IMG/VR virus record: IMGVR_UViG_3300032053_000002
Location: 228,724 to 292,723 of that record
Strand: one strand, 5' to 3'
Length of the DNA: 64,000 nucleotides
A model generated the notes under the pieces. The model saw nothing but the letters and a program-made list of their open reading frames with translations. It ran no database searches and was not told where the DNA came from. A program made the translations under genes and the position numbers. The stretch's first letter is position 1. Each line of letters opens with the position of its first letter. Shown here piece by piece: positions 1-10,277 of this stretch.

Positions 1-954
1 AAGATGCCCGTTGATTATAACTTTTTCTAAAAATTCCCATGTCACGAATATTAATGGTTTAGATAGGGATGTCGATGGATATACAACTCCCGGTAACGAT
101 GAAAACGAATAGCTACTAACCACTTCATTCGCAATAAAAATAGAACCCGGTTCAGGGTTTCCATCTTTTCCGGTGCAGCGTTTAATTTGAGACCGAAGAC
201 CTTCTTCTGAAAAAGTAGTATCTAGATATTCTTTAATAGTCACCGTTTTTTTATTCTTTTGTGCTTCATCAGTTCCCATCACATTACTTTCAATCTGTAT
301 ATTAAGCGCTAACATTGTCTCGCCAAGAGTGGTTAGTTCTGTCATACAACTAAAAGAACCGTCATCGTTTTGATTCCAAGAGAAATTTGTTATCAATCCA
401 ATATAAAAATCCTGATTACCATTTGATGCTAATATTATATCATCGTATATTTTTCGCGGACTAAAATAATAGTCGTGTAATTTGCCAGTATTTTCTACTG
501 ATGTTTGGATCGGGGTTTCCGCAATGTCTGCCCATCCCCACTCCACTATTACAGAAATTCCCGGGGATAACCAATATTTCATGAGTTCGTCCAAATCTTC
601 CGCACTGGGGCAAAACCAGTTTATTGTTACTTTTCTTAAAGAACCATATTCTCCTTTACTTTCAACTGATATATTTTCTATACCTGGAATTGGACGATCT
701 TGTATTTTTCTCCCCGGTCGCCTATATACCGGTTCAAATCCACTGGCAATCTTTCCCGATTTTGTCAATAGCCCGCCGACCATTACATTCTTAGAAGAGT
801 CAAACCCGGTTGGTGGAATACCATTTGATATGGCTCTTACCCATATCGATTTTGGCTTATTAGAAGAACCGAATGAACGAGATTTTCTACTGTCTAGTTC
901 TTTTATTATTTTTTCATCTATATTAGAAAGACGTGGGAAACTTTGAATAGCCAT
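1..954 (-). CDS. Baseplate hub-like structural protein (partial, runs off the window's left edge)
   Basis: Not in the ORF track. My translation from ATG at 954 (MAIQSFPRLSNIDEK...PIPGIENISVESKGEYGSLRKVTINWFC...SVIVEWGW...GLITNFSWNQNDDGSFSCMTELTTLGE) is open to position 1; follows LysM gene in baseplate cluster. Confidence 0.65.
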   Translation of the reverse strand, partial: MAIQSFPRLSNIDEKIIKELDSRKSRSFGSSNKPKSIWVRAISNGIPPTGFDSSKNVMVGGLLTKSGKIASGFEPVYRRPGRKIQDRPIPGIENISVESKGEYGSLRKVTINWFCPSAEDLDELMKYWLSPGISVIVEWGWADIAETPIQTSVENTGKLHDYYFSPRKIYDDIILASNGNQDFYIGLITNFSWNQNDDGSFSCMTELTTLGETMLALNIQIESNVMGTDEAQKNKKTVTIKEYLDTTFSEEGLRSQIKRCTGKDGNPEPGSIFIANEVVSSYSFSSLPGVVYPSTSLSKPLIFVTWEFLEKVIINGHL

Positions 955-955
955 T

Positions 956-1267
956 TTATCTAGCCTTATTTACGGTATCTAAATCGGAAAAAATCTTGCC
1001 CAAATTTTGCGGAATTCTTAATTGAGTTCCTGGGTCTATATTCAGCGTTCCTTTTCCAATGTGGTTTGCCTGAGCAATAATCCACCACAGAGTTACATCT
1101 CCGTAATAACGATACGCTAATAAATCCAGTCTATCCCCAACATTTGAATAAATATAAATATCATTTTCATCGTCTTCTATTTTTGGATAAATTGTGGAAC
1201 TAATTTTACGAAACCCGGAATCTGTATCATTTGCAACAATCGAACTTCTATATCTATCACTGGACAT
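956..1267 (-). CDS. LysM-domain baseplate protein
   Basis: GDRLDLLAYRYYGDVTLWWIIAQAN...GTQLRIP is a LysM/tail-X-like motif; lies downstream of tape measure and tube-initiator genes. Confidence 0.85.
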   Translation of the reverse strand: MSSDRYRSSIVANDTDSGFRKISSTIYPKIEDDENDIYIYSNVGDRLDLLAYRYYGDVTLWWIIAQANHIGKGTLNIDPGTQLRIPQNLGKIFSDLDTVNKAR

Positions 1268-1285
1268 ATATTATCTCCGAAAAAA

Positions 1286-3349
1286 TTATACTTTCTTTGT
1301 TTTCCAATTTTTAATTGCTGAATAAAATGGACTTGTGGAACTAATGGGTGAATTATCCAATCCGAATATCGTGAATCCACTAATTGTTACTTCGATAAAT
1401 CTAGGTAATTTGGCTATATCAATTTCTTTTCCACTACTGTCTTTATTAGGCGTGGAGTCGCGAACCTCCCACGTCGCTTCATCAGGAATACTAATAGTTA
1501 TTCCACCGTTTAATATTCCAGGAACATTCGCAAATAAGTCGCCAATGGTTAATTTGACGAACGGGGCTTCCATATATTTACCTTCATTATCTGATAAATC
1601 TCTATATTTTGGATAGCACAATCCTATTAAGTAATTTACTTTTTCCCATACCGGTCGGACTTCTATTTCAGAATGAACAGATACCTTAAAACCGAAATTA
1701 ACAACACGAGTCGCACCTTTATAGATATAAACATTATCCGCTCTGCCAATATATTTTCTGGAATTCCAATCTGGGGTAATTGAGTCGGTTAATCCAGTCA
1801 AAGCGGCTCTAAATATAATCCACTTGGCATTATTCACATGATAAAACTTAAACGGGATTAAATCAGTTACTCCAGAAGGATAATCTTCGCCGTATGGAAT
1901 GGTGTTTATCTTATCAGCGAGCCGAGTTTCTTTTATGGCTGCCCCGGGATTGGCGAACCCGTAATCCACGTAAATAGTTTTTGTTTTATTTTTTTGTAAT
2001 TCTTTCGTGTAAGGTAATTTTTGGTCTGAACCTAAATCCACTATATTTGCGCCTCCGGCGGCATCCGCCCCTCTCTTCAAAACAATGTCTCCGTAACTCT
2101 GCAAATATCTTTTATTTAGTTTCGCGTTATCTTGCGGATTGCGAAGAATCCTATTATCTGGAATAGTAGTATTACCCAATTTACGCGCAAGTTCTTCTCT
2201 AGATTGGAACGTCCCAGTAGTTGGTTTTCCCTTATCGATAGTTTGTATTTTTTTAATCCCTTCCAGCATTGCGGCGAGAGGAGATTCAGAATTTAAAATA
2301 TCATATGTCGCAATAACGCGACCTTCTTTATTTAACATTCTAATAAACTTCGGAAGATTGGTATTATCAACATATCCGTAAGTTGGATTATATCTATTGA
2401 ATATTTTTATTTCTGTCGCCTTCGTTCCCATTATACCGTAACCGAGAAGTTTTAAGAGCACGTCTGAATACGGAATAGCTTTTAATAAGTTGGATAAAAA
2501 TCCCGCCCCTGCTTCCTGGTTCATAGTAATCTGCGCGTCTATGATCGGATTATATCCGGTAGACATAGTAAACCTAAACGCCTGAGTCGCCAATCCGATA
2601 TTTTTTTTCATTTCTTCGCGAGGACTTAATCTACTGGTTAAAGGTAGACCCGCCCCATCCGCCCCGATAGGATATAAATACTTATTCGGATTCAAATTAA
2701 AATAAGTCTGAGGCATAGTCATTATATCCCGACCAACATTTGCGTAATCTAACCCGGGATATTCGTCGCCTTTTCCAATGGAAACCTGCGGAGACTGATG
2801 TATATTTCGGCTTTTATATTCTGAAGAAAATACGGCCTGAGTATAAGTTTCAGGAACAGCACCTTTTATGAAACTAGTATCCAGCCCGAACAAAGAAGAG
2901 AGAGACATATGCCTTCTTTCATGATAACCAAACACTGGAAGTGTATTGCTAAATAGTGATAATGGATTCCATATCTTTGTTTCTATCGTCGGGTTAAACG
3001 TTTGTATCATTGTTTGATTAAAAATCATTTGTAAACCTTTTGGACTAACTAAATAATTCGCCAATCTTTTCGCGCTAGTAAGTGCATAACTTGTTTTATC
3101 GGAAAATCGTTCTTTCCCAGATGTTTCACTCGGAAGAGTCGAAAAAATCGTATCTCCCGCCAGAGCAGAGCGAACCGGTCTCGGCGCACTTTGATAAGAT
3201 TGTTCCGCCATTTTTAAGGAATTGGTTTCATTCATAGCCGGTGGCATATTTTGCACAGGTTTATCCAGCGTTGCGGTTTTCGGGGTCGGCATTGCCGAAC
3301 CCAGATTCCTAAAAATCGACCGTTCATATAGTCCTAAAATCGTTGCCAT
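1286..3349 (-). CDS. Baseplate/tail-tube-initiator-like protein
   Basis: C-terminal IFRAALTGLTDSITPDWNSRKYIGRADNVYIYKGATRVVNFGF...APFVKLTIGDL resembles contractile-tail tube-initiator folds; sits directly after tape measure. Confidence 0.65.
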   Translation of the reverse strand: MATILGLYERSIFRNLGSAMPTPKTATLDKPVQNMPPAMNETNSLKMAEQSYQSAPRPVRSALAGDTIFSTLPSETSGKERFSDKTSYALTSAKRLANYLVSPKGLQMIFNQTMIQTFNPTIETKIWNPLSLFSNTLPVFGYHERRHMSLSSLFGLDTSFIKGAVPETYTQAVFSSEYKSRNIHQSPQVSIGKGDEYPGLDYANVGRDIMTMPQTYFNLNPNKYLYPIGADGAGLPLTSRLSPREEMKKNIGLATQAFRFTMSTGYNPIIDAQITMNQEAGAGFLSNLLKAIPYSDVLLKLLGYGIMGTKATEIKIFNRYNPTYGYVDNTNLPKFIRMLNKEGRVIATYDILNSESPLAAMLEGIKKIQTIDKGKPTTGTFQSREELARKLGNTTIPDNRILRNPQDNAKLNKRYLQSYGDIVLKRGADAAGGANIVDLGSDQKLPYTKELQKNKTKTIYVDYGFANPGAAIKETRLADKINTIPYGEDYPSGVTDLIPFKFYHVNNAKWIIFRAALTGLTDSITPDWNSRKYIGRADNVYIYKGATRVVNFGFKVSVHSEIEVRPVWEKVNYLIGLCYPKYRDLSDNEGKYMEAPFVKLTIGDLFANVPGILNGGITISIPDEATWEVRDSTPNKDSSGKEIDIAKLPRFIEVTISGFTIFGLDNSPISSTSPFYSAIKNWKTKKV

Positions 3350-3367
3350 TCATTTTCTCTCTGTTAT

Positions 3368-6300
3368 TTATTTACGGGCAGTTTTTGCTAAAAATTCTCC
3401 TATACGGGCGCCATTGAGCTTTAGCTCTACTCCGTTTTCCAACCGACTTGCAATGTTATCTAATCTATCAACCACTTCTCCCATATCTATTTCCGTCGAG
3501 GCCACTGTTCCAACGGCTTCAGCCGCAGGTGCTACTACGCCCCCAACCACCCCGCCAACTCCACCTGTCGCGATGATTTTTACTGCGTTAGCAGTTTCTT
3601 GCAATCCCGGTGCTAACGACGCAAGTTTTTCCAACTGCTCAATAAGTCCACCGCCAGGAAGCAAACCGGTTATAAATCCACCAACTCCCGCTACAGCATT
3701 CGCCGCTGAAAAAGCGACAAGCGCGGACGATAAAGAAAGTATGGCAACAGAAGCGGTCATAAGACTGGTCGCAATCTCACCCAATTTAGAAAGTGGGTCT
3801 ATTATTGCGTTTAATCCAGTAGATAAAATTTGAGTGGAGAATCCAAGTGCGGTAAATGCACCCGCTAGTGCAAACATAGCAACTATTCCCGCGCCAAATA
3901 AAACCGCTCCGACACCGGATGTTATTAATGCGCCCAACGCGAAGACCGCCGCAGTCAATCCAACTAACACAACCGCTGCTTTAGCTAAATCTCCCCAACC
4001 AACGTCAGTAAACTTTTGCATTGCGATTCCTAAAAGAAGCATTGATCCGGCCATTAAACCAATTGCGACCGCTCCAATGATAGCCTTTCCAGCAATTTTG
4101 GATAACACTTCAACGGCTACTACTAATCCGACTAAAGAAGCACCCGCCTTTGCCATGTCACCAACACCAACCGTCGCAAACTCTTGCATTGCTTTTGCCA
4201 GAATAAATACTGCTCCCGCAATCATAATCAGAGACGCTCCTGCCGCTAACATCTGAGTAGGTTTCATATCCCCAAAAATACTGCCAAGTATTCCGCGTTT
4301 CCCGCCGACTTTACCCGCCGCCCCTTTACCGCCAAGAAGACTTCCCAATCCAGTTTTTGCTAAACTAAATGTTTTGAATATCCCCCACAGCGCTCCAGCA
4401 GCTGCTGCTGCGTAAAGAAGTGCCTTTCCTATTCCAGTTATACTAATACCCGCTTCTTTGCTCACAGTAGTAGCTTTATCCCAACTACCCGTTAATTTGT
4501 CGATCCCTCCCATAACCCAACCAATACCGCTGGCGACCTTACTAAGCGTGGTCATAACCAGATTAAGCAAAGGTAATATGGTTTTGAGAACAACCGTTCC
4601 GATATTCGCCAGAGAGTTTTTTAATTGCGTTAACGGCGACAATACACCTTCTACATCGAGCGCTTCGGATAATGATAGCCCTTCAACTTCAAACGCGCTC
4701 ATCGCGTGTGTGGCGACTTTATCTAATTCTTTTGATCGAGAAATCATTTTTCCTAATTCAGAAACAGAAACTCCAATAGCATCAGCCATTGCTTTTCTTT
4801 GTATAACATTCATTCGTTGAAATTCCGCTTCAGAACCGATCACGTTCACTATTTCTTTTTGAAGACCCATCAAGTCGCCTTCCAATGCGAGTGCGCGAGC
4901 CCTATCCAAGTTGACATTTCTTCCAGTCAAAACCATTGCGTTCATTTGTGCTTCGATGGAACTTTCAAAGTCTAATAACTTATCCGCAATCCCAGTTACT
5001 GTAGCAAGATTCACTCCGAGTTTTCTGGCCGCAACCGCTGCCATGACGATATTCTGGCCCATTCCTTTCGAGTATTTTGCGGCTTCTTCTGAACTTTCAG
5101 CAATATCTCTCATTACCACACCCGGCGCGACACCGCTAGCTTCCGCAAACTTTTTCGTGATTTTAATCATATTTATCGCCGTTTCGCTAGATCCGGCAGT
5201 CATATTCATAAATGAAGCGACAAGTTTAGCGGATTCATCTGCGGACATACCCAATGCGACAGATATAACGGTCGCATCTTCTATCAATTTAGTGTTTATC
5301 ATATCAAGAGAACCAAACTCACCAACCAACGCTTGAGTTTGTTCGAGCGCTTCTTTTTGAGTTATTCCAAATCTTCCCAGTGTTGACGCGACAGCTGTTG
5401 CCTGGTCATTCAAAACAGTAAATTGCGCTCCAGTTATAGCTGTTGCTTTACGAAAATCTTCACCGGCCTGAACCCAATCCACAAAAATCTTTCCAATCCA
5501 GGTCGCGATTGCTAAGGCAGCAGTAAGCGGGTTAAAAATAAATCCCATTACTGCGCCTTTTACGCGCTCAATTTTATTTCGGAGTTCGTCTATTTTATTA
5601 GCCTGTTCTTTATATCCTTCCAAGTACGCATCTTGTATTGTTTTTACTTTTTGTAATTGTTTGATGTTTTCATTAAATAGTTCACCGGCCTTTTCTTCGG
5701 ACAGTACTTTTGCTTTTACTTTATCGAGTATCGATACCGAATCATCAAGAATTTCAGAAGACATTTTTTTAAATTGCTCAGTAATAACGCCTTCTTCGCG
5801 ATATGTTTTAATCATATCTATGTGTAAATCCCCAATTGTTTCGAATAGGTCTTTATATGATTCTTCGTCTCTAATCTTTTTTTCTAATTTTTTTACAATA
5901 TCTTCCTCAACTTTTTTTATTTTTTCGCGGGATCCCTTACTCCGTTCATCAATTTTTTGTTGTTCTTTTTTGGTTTTAACAAGTTCTCCACTTAATTTGA
6001 TTCTCTCTTTTGATTTTTTCGATAATTTTTCAGTAATTTTAAGAAGCTCTCCGGAAAGATTTGTTAGTATTTTTTCATAGCCACCCTGTTCCTTAATCAT
6101 GTCCAGCATACTATCACGTCTATCACCAATGTTATCTAGAGCATGAATAAGTATTCCCAAGTTCTTTATTTCTTTTTCGTAATTCTTTGAAAGATCGCCC
6201 TCTTCTTTTACTTTCATAACAGTTGAAAGCAATTCTTTTGCAAACCCAGTAAGTATTTGTAATTTTTTTGCACTTTCATTATACGTTTCAACCGAATCTT

Positions 6301-6964
6301 CTTGATAATTTCCAATTTTTTCCGATTCCGACGCAAACCCTTTTATTCTTTCCGTCAATTCATTTATGCGATTTTTATCATCAATATTAGCGTTGTCTTT
6401 GAGAGCCGTTTCTTTTTTTATGTTTTTTATTGCATCGTTTGTTATTTCATTATATTTTTCAGATATTTTTTCTTTATTTTTTATTTCGTTCTTATAGTGG
6501 TCATTTTCGGCTTTTGAAACTTTGCTTATATTTTCTATTTGGCTTAAAGATGTCTCGGATATTTCTTTCACTTTATCTCTAATACTAGTTAGGTAATCAA
6601 TTCTATCTCGATGTTTCTTTGCAACATCTTCTTCTAAATCCTGGGTTTTTTCAAGATTATTATATATTTCTTTATATTTTGAAATTTGGTCGTTTAATGA
6701 CTCTATCGCCCGAGGTAAAAGCTTAATAGTACTGACCATGCTTTTTAAAATTCCCTTTTCATTAAAGAATTGGGATTTTTTAAAATCCAATACTTTTTTA
6801 ACTTTTTTTATAATTCTATCCGTAAGATCTATATCGGCTTCAAGATAGTTGTTAGTTTTTTTACGTTCATCGGTTAATTTTTTAGTCAGCTTAACAACTC
6901 TATTAAGAGCCTTTTCGTGAGCGTCTAGTAATTTCTTTTGTTTTTCTAAATCTTCCATTGCCAT
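3368..6964 (-). CDS. Tape measure protein
   Basis: 1198 aa; long charged coiled-coil N-terminus, then Ala/Gly-rich amphipathic repeats; between tail chaperone and baseplate genes. Confidence 0.9.
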   Translation of the reverse strand: MAMEDLEKQKKLLDAHEKALNRVVKLTKKLTDERKKTNNYLEADIDLTDRIIKKVKKVLDFKKSQFFNEKGILKSMVSTIKLLPRAIESLNDQISKYKEIYNNLEKTQDLEEDVAKKHRDRIDYLTSIRDKVKEISETSLSQIENISKVSKAENDHYKNEIKNKEKISEKYNEITNDAIKNIKKETALKDNANIDDKNRINELTERIKGFASESEKIGNYQEDSVETYNESAKKLQILTGFAKELLSTVMKVKEEGDLSKNYEKEIKNLGILIHALDNIGDRRDSMLDMIKEQGGYEKILTNLSGELLKITEKLSKKSKERIKLSGELVKTKKEQQKIDERSKGSREKIKKVEEDIVKKLEKKIRDEESYKDLFETIGDLHIDMIKTYREEGVITEQFKKMSSEILDDSVSILDKVKAKVLSEEKAGELFNENIKQLQKVKTIQDAYLEGYKEQANKIDELRNKIERVKGAVMGFIFNPLTAALAIATWIGKIFVDWVQAGEDFRKATAITGAQFTVLNDQATAVASTLGRFGITQKEALEQTQALVGEFGSLDMINTKLIEDATVISVALGMSADESAKLVASFMNMTAGSSETAINMIKITKKFAEASGVAPGVVMRDIAESSEEAAKYSKGMGQNIVMAAVAARKLGVNLATVTGIADKLLDFESSIEAQMNAMVLTGRNVNLDRARALALEGDLMGLQKEIVNVIGSEAEFQRMNVIQRKAMADAIGVSVSELGKMISRSKELDKVATHAMSAFEVEGLSLSEALDVEGVLSPLTQLKNSLANIGTVVLKTILPLLNLVMTTLSKVASGIGWVMGGIDKLTGSWDKATTVSKEAGISITGIGKALLYAAAAAGALWGIFKTFSLAKTGLGSLLGGKGAAGKVGGKRGILGSIFGDMKPTQMLAAGASLIMIAGAVFILAKAMQEFATVGVGDMAKAGASLVGLVVAVEVLSKIAGKAIIGAVAIGLMAGSMLLLGIAMQKFTDVGWGDLAKAAVVLVGLTAAVFALGALITSGVGAVLFGAGIVAMFALAGAFTALGFSTQILSTGLNAIIDPLSKLGEIATSLMTASVAILSLSSALVAFSAANAVAGVGGFITGLLPGGGLIEQLEKLASLAPGLQETANAVKIIATGGVGGVVGGVVAPAAEAVGTVASTEIDMGEVVDRLDNIASRLENGVELKLNGARIGEFLAKTARK

Positions 6965-6969
6965 TGGAT

Positions 6970-7260
6970 TTATTCTTCCTTAGATTTTCCTAACGATTTT
7001 ACATATTCAATATCATCATATTTCGCTAATCTTTGCGGTCTCTGTGCATCCCATTTTTTTGCGTAATTTTTTCCATATCTATCTTCCAGATACTTCAATA
7101 AATCTTTATAATTTTGATCTATTTTCGACACGATGGCTTTTAATTCCGGATCTTTTTGTATTTTACTTTTAACTCGTTCCAATTCTTGCCGTTTCATCGA
7201 GTCAATGATGCGGTCAATAAATCTAGTAATGATCCCCTCGTTCAGTTGTTTTTTAGGCAT
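6970..7260 (-). CDS. Hypothetical protein
   Basis: 96-aa ORF with GGAG RBS, co-oriented with tail genes. Confidence 0.7.
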   Translation of the reverse strand: MPKKQLNEGIITRFIDRIIDSMKRQELERVKSKIQKDPELKAIVSKIDQNYKDLLKYLEDRYGKNYAKKWDAQRPQRLAKYDDIEYVKSLGKSKEE

Positions 7261-7296
7261 CGGTATTCTCCCATTTAGAATATATAATTTACTAAA

Positions 7297-7304
7297 TATA
7301 AATA
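7297..7304 (-). promoter_or_regulatory. Candidate late-promoter octamer TATTTATA
   Basis: 36 nt upstream of 7260. Confidence 0.55.
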
Positions 7305-7314
7305 GTTATATATC

Positions 7315-7569
7315 TTATTTTTTTGTTTTAGAAGATGGTTTTATGTTTTTATATCTGGATGGGGATGGAGGCGGCGAACTTTTTTTAGTGGATTGTTGTT
7401 CTATCTGTTGTTTTTCTTTTTGCTTGGCTTCAGTTAATTTTCGCAGAAAAAATCGTCTTTTATGAACAGGCATAAAATACACTTCGGAAAAACCAAATGC
7501 GCCCTCGGAATAATAGCACAGGTCAAAGATTTCTTCGTGGAAGGCGACGTTATAACCTTCCGGATGGCC
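7315..7569 (-). CDS. Start-less downstream ORF, probable frameshift extension of the tail assembly chaperone
   Basis: +1 frame after CC-TTTTTTT-GG reads GHPEGYNVAFHEEIFDLCYYSEGAFGFSEVYFMPVHKRRFFLRKL...KTKK*; an in-frame TGA lies upstream and there is no start codon before this segment. Confidence 0.7.
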   Translation of the reverse strand, partial: GHPEGYNVAFHEEIFDLCYYSEGAFGFSEVYFMPVHKRRFFLRKLTEAKQKEKQQIEQQSTKKSSPPPSPSRYKNIKPSSKTKK

Positions 7570-8374
7570 AAAAAAAGGAGAGTTCCATTGGTATAGTCAT
7601 TGTTTGCTGATGCATACAGGAATTACATTCGAAATTAAAATCACTACTAATATCCGGGGAAACTCTGGCGATTTCAGATCGTAACGCTAATGAGTCTCTA
7701 CTGAGCATAGTATTGACTAAATTGGTTATAACGGCTTTTTCTTTATTCCCATCGACTTCCGTAATTGAATGTTTTAGACGAGTAGTGATTTCAAAGTCGG
7801 ATTCGGATCTCAACTTTTTTAATCCTTGTAAATCTTTTTCTATTTCTTTATCTTCGATGTGAGTTAGCAGTTTAAATTTTACTTGTTTTTTAGACGTTGG
7901 TAACTGAAAATCAAATTCTTGTTGACCTTTGACATATGTATTAAAATCGATTTCTTTCGCCTCTAATGACGTTAGATCAATCTTAACATCTTTATTAACC
8001 GCATTACATTTAGGGCAAGTAACTTCCACAGTATAATCTGACCCATATGCGAGTATTCTTGCGGAAAACATGATACCGTTCTTATCGCCTAATAATAAAG
8101 AATTATAATCAAGTTTGGTTACGATAATAGATTCGAAAAATTTATCCAATACGACACCTTTCTGAATTAAATTCTTTGATGTCAGAATATCTTCTTCCCG
8201 AGCAGTAGGATATTTTAATTCTATTCGCCCGTCCGATTCAAATAGTGGATGCCCCGAAGGATAGAAAAATCCTTTAGATGGGAGAGTGACTATTTCAGTC
8301 GGATAATCTATTTTGGTTTTCAGAGTTTCCTGATACTCTTTTAATGCTTTTTCTCTTAATTCTTTGTCATTCAT
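7550..8374 (-). CDS. T4 gp26-like baseplate hub assembly / tail assembly chaperone
   Basis: PTEIVTLPSKG...PTAREEDILTS...LLLGDKNGIMFSARILAYG, two CxxC pairs, C-terminal FFWP; directly after tail tube. Confidence 0.8.
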   Translation of the reverse strand: MNDKELREKALKEYQETLKTKIDYPTEIVTLPSKGFFYPSGHPLFESDGRIELKYPTAREEDILTSKNLIQKGVVLDKFFESIIVTKLDYNSLLLGDKNGIMFSARILAYGSDYTVEVTCPKCNAVNKDVKIDLTSLEAKEIDFNTYVKGQQEFDFQLPTSKKQVKFKLLTHIEDKEIEKDLQGLKKLRSESDFEITTRLKHSITEVDGNKEKAVITNLVNTMLSRDSLALRSEIARVSPDISSDFNFECNSCMHQQTMTIPMELSFFWPSGRL

Positions 8375-8442
8375 AAACTACTCCTTTTGAATTGATAATA
8401 ACTATTAAACTATAATAAAATCAAATTGTTCCCAAGTATATA

Positions 8443-8450
8443 TATAAATA
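8443..8450 (-). promoter_or_regulatory. Candidate late-promoter octamer TATTTATA
   Basis: Downstream of the tube terminator, 68 nt upstream of 8374. Confidence 0.6.
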
Positions 8451-8486
8451 TAACAAAAATGAATTTTTAGTTTCGCCAGAAAAAAT

Positions 8487-8517
8487 AAAGACCGCTCCAC
8501 CTGGGTGTGCGGTCTTT
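8487..8517 (-). terminator. Intrinsic terminator after tail tube gene
   Basis: Minus strand AAAGACCGC...GCGGTCTTT followed by ATTTTTT. Confidence 0.75.
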
Positions 8518-8551
8518 TATATTGAAAACGTTTAAATTTAACACGGCAATT

Positions 8552-9046
8552 TTAGAATTCGAGTATCGCCCAATCGTAATTCAGTGTGACGTTGATTTCT
8601 ATCGGCGAATCACTGGTGTAATCATAACCACCAAAATCTACGGTTTCCAAAAAGGCACCATATAATTTCCATTTTTCTACCAAGTCGCCAACCGGCCCTA
8701 ATCCATATAAATCCAAATCTTTTTTATAAAAGTCTTGGTATCCATCGCGACCAGTTAAACTTTCATGATGCAATCTAAGCCATTCCATTATAGCTTGTGC
8801 GGCGGATGGGACTACCGGATCAATCAAAGTAATACTGATCGAATTCCAGGTCCATTTTCCAGCGAATTTTCTCTGCATGTTAATATAATCAATCGGAATT
8901 ACATTGGTTTGAGGTTGCGGTCTTTGAGCCGTTTTAATTACCCATGACGGAATTCCATCGATATACATAATAAACCTGTGCATCTGCTTTGGCTGGAAAC
9001 GGTCTATCATCAATTCGTTTGCTTCTACCATGCGTTCTGTAGGCAT
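8552..9046 (-). CDS. Tail tube protein (T4 gp19-like)
   Basis: FQPKQMHRFIMYIDGIPSWVIKTAQRP...WTWNSISITLIDPVVPSAAQAIMEW...DFYKKDL...LGPVGDLVEKWKLYGAF...YDWAILEF. Confidence 0.9.
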   Translation of the reverse strand: MPTERMVEANELMIDRFQPKQMHRFIMYIDGIPSWVIKTAQRPQPQTNVIPIDYINMQRKFAGKWTWNSISITLIDPVVPSAAQAIMEWLRLHHESLTGRDGYQDFYKKDLDLYGLGPVGDLVEKWKLYGAFLETVDFGGYDYTSDSPIEINVTLNYDWAILEF

Positions 9047-9056
9047 TTTATTTCTC

Positions 9057-9938
9057 CTAAATTTTTATTCTTATAAAATTACATCCAAGAAATTTTTTTA
9101 TTTCTTCTTGTCTATAAATATCTTTTTCTCTCAATTTTCCATCAATATAATGATGTTTTTCATCAATTTCTATTACTATATTCTTTTCTTTACTATATCC
9201 GTCTACCCAATATCCTAACTCTTTAATACAGTATTCGCCACCATTCTCGGCGTGTTGAAGATCCGTAATCCCAAGCTCTTTTGCTTTTTGCTCAAGTATT
9301 GGAATGGCGGTTGGATTATATCCAGGAATTATTTGAGAGCCATTAAATTTATTTTTTTCAATCCTTTTTATAGCAATTAATCTTAACTTTTCAATATTCT
9401 CCCTCGTTAATTTTTTCCCAGTGTTTGCCCGGCCAATTTTTATTTTAGTTTCAATACTTCTCGGTTTCCTCCAACAAGGATTTTTTTCCCCAATTTTTGT
9501 CATACTTAATTTTTTTCGATGCTCTTCTGATAATTTTTTCCCAAAGAACGGGTGATTTTCCATCTGTTTAGATATACTCATTCTTTTTCTTGATTCTGGG
9601 TTTTTCGCCGGATTTTCATTCCCATACATTCTCTTGCTCAATATCATTCTACAATTCTCCGAAACTTTATGCCCCCGAAGAGATTCACCAATCTTTCGTT
9701 TAACTTCTTCGGTACGATGTTTTCCAAACATTCCATTTTTTTCTCCACGCTGAGCATCACTCATTCTTTTTCTCGTTTCATTTGAACGTTTTACGCCCCA
9801 CCCAGGATTTTTCTTTCCGAGTTTAGCACAAACTCCGCACAATGAATTAGCTTTATTCGCGCGATTTAATGAGCTCTTTTGAGAATATTTTAATTCTGTT
9901 TTACATCCTGAGCATTCTCTTATAAATTGTCTATCCAT
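9057..9938 (-). mobile_element. Free-standing homing endonuclease-like gene (NUMOD3 repeats + C-terminal PD-(D/E)XK domain)
   Basis: Repeated GEKNGMFGKHRTEEVKRKI-type NUMOD3 motifs; C-terminal WVDGYSKEKNIVIEIDEKHH...RQEEIKKFLGCNFIRI. Confidence 0.8.
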
Positions 9939-9943
9939 ATTTT

Positions 9944-10225
9944 TTACTTATTTAAAATTTTTTCTATTAACTCGGCTTTAGTCCCGACCGCAGCAACACC
10001 AACTGATTTGGCGTATGTTTTTAATTGAGCGTATGTAAGCGCATCAAGATCTTCCGCGGTGTTCTTTGGTTCTACCATTATGTCGGAAACTACTCCTTCT
10101 TCGGCTACCAACTCGTTCGTAAAATTCATCGGCGACATATCTTCACCTGCAAAAGTTTTTTTGTTGGCATTTTGAGCACGAAATTCTTTTATCATATTGC
10201 GTTTTTTATGTATTGCACTACCCAT
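9944..10225 (-). CDS. Small protein with C-terminal HeH/SAP/Rho-N-like domain
   Basis: DLDALTYAQLKTYAKSVGVAAVGTKAELIEKIL. Confidence 0.65.
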   Translation of the reverse strand: MGSAIHKKRNMIKEFRAQNANKKTFAGEDMSPMNFTNELVAEEGVVSDIMVEPKNTAEDLDALTYAQLKTYAKSVGVAAVGTKAELIEKILNK

Positions 10226-10244
10226 AATACAATCTCCCAGTTAT

Positions 10245-10258
10245 TATAAATATAAATA
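10245..10258 (-). promoter_or_regulatory. Candidate late-promoter octamer TATTTATA (two overlapping copies)
   Basis: 19 and 25 nt upstream of 10225. Confidence 0.6.
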
Positions 10259-10277
10259 TAAAGATTTTTAAAAAGTG

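Noticed and set aside
3222-6080. Several 120-200-aa plus-strand ORFs
   Set aside because: Antisense to the tape measure gene, with shadow composition.
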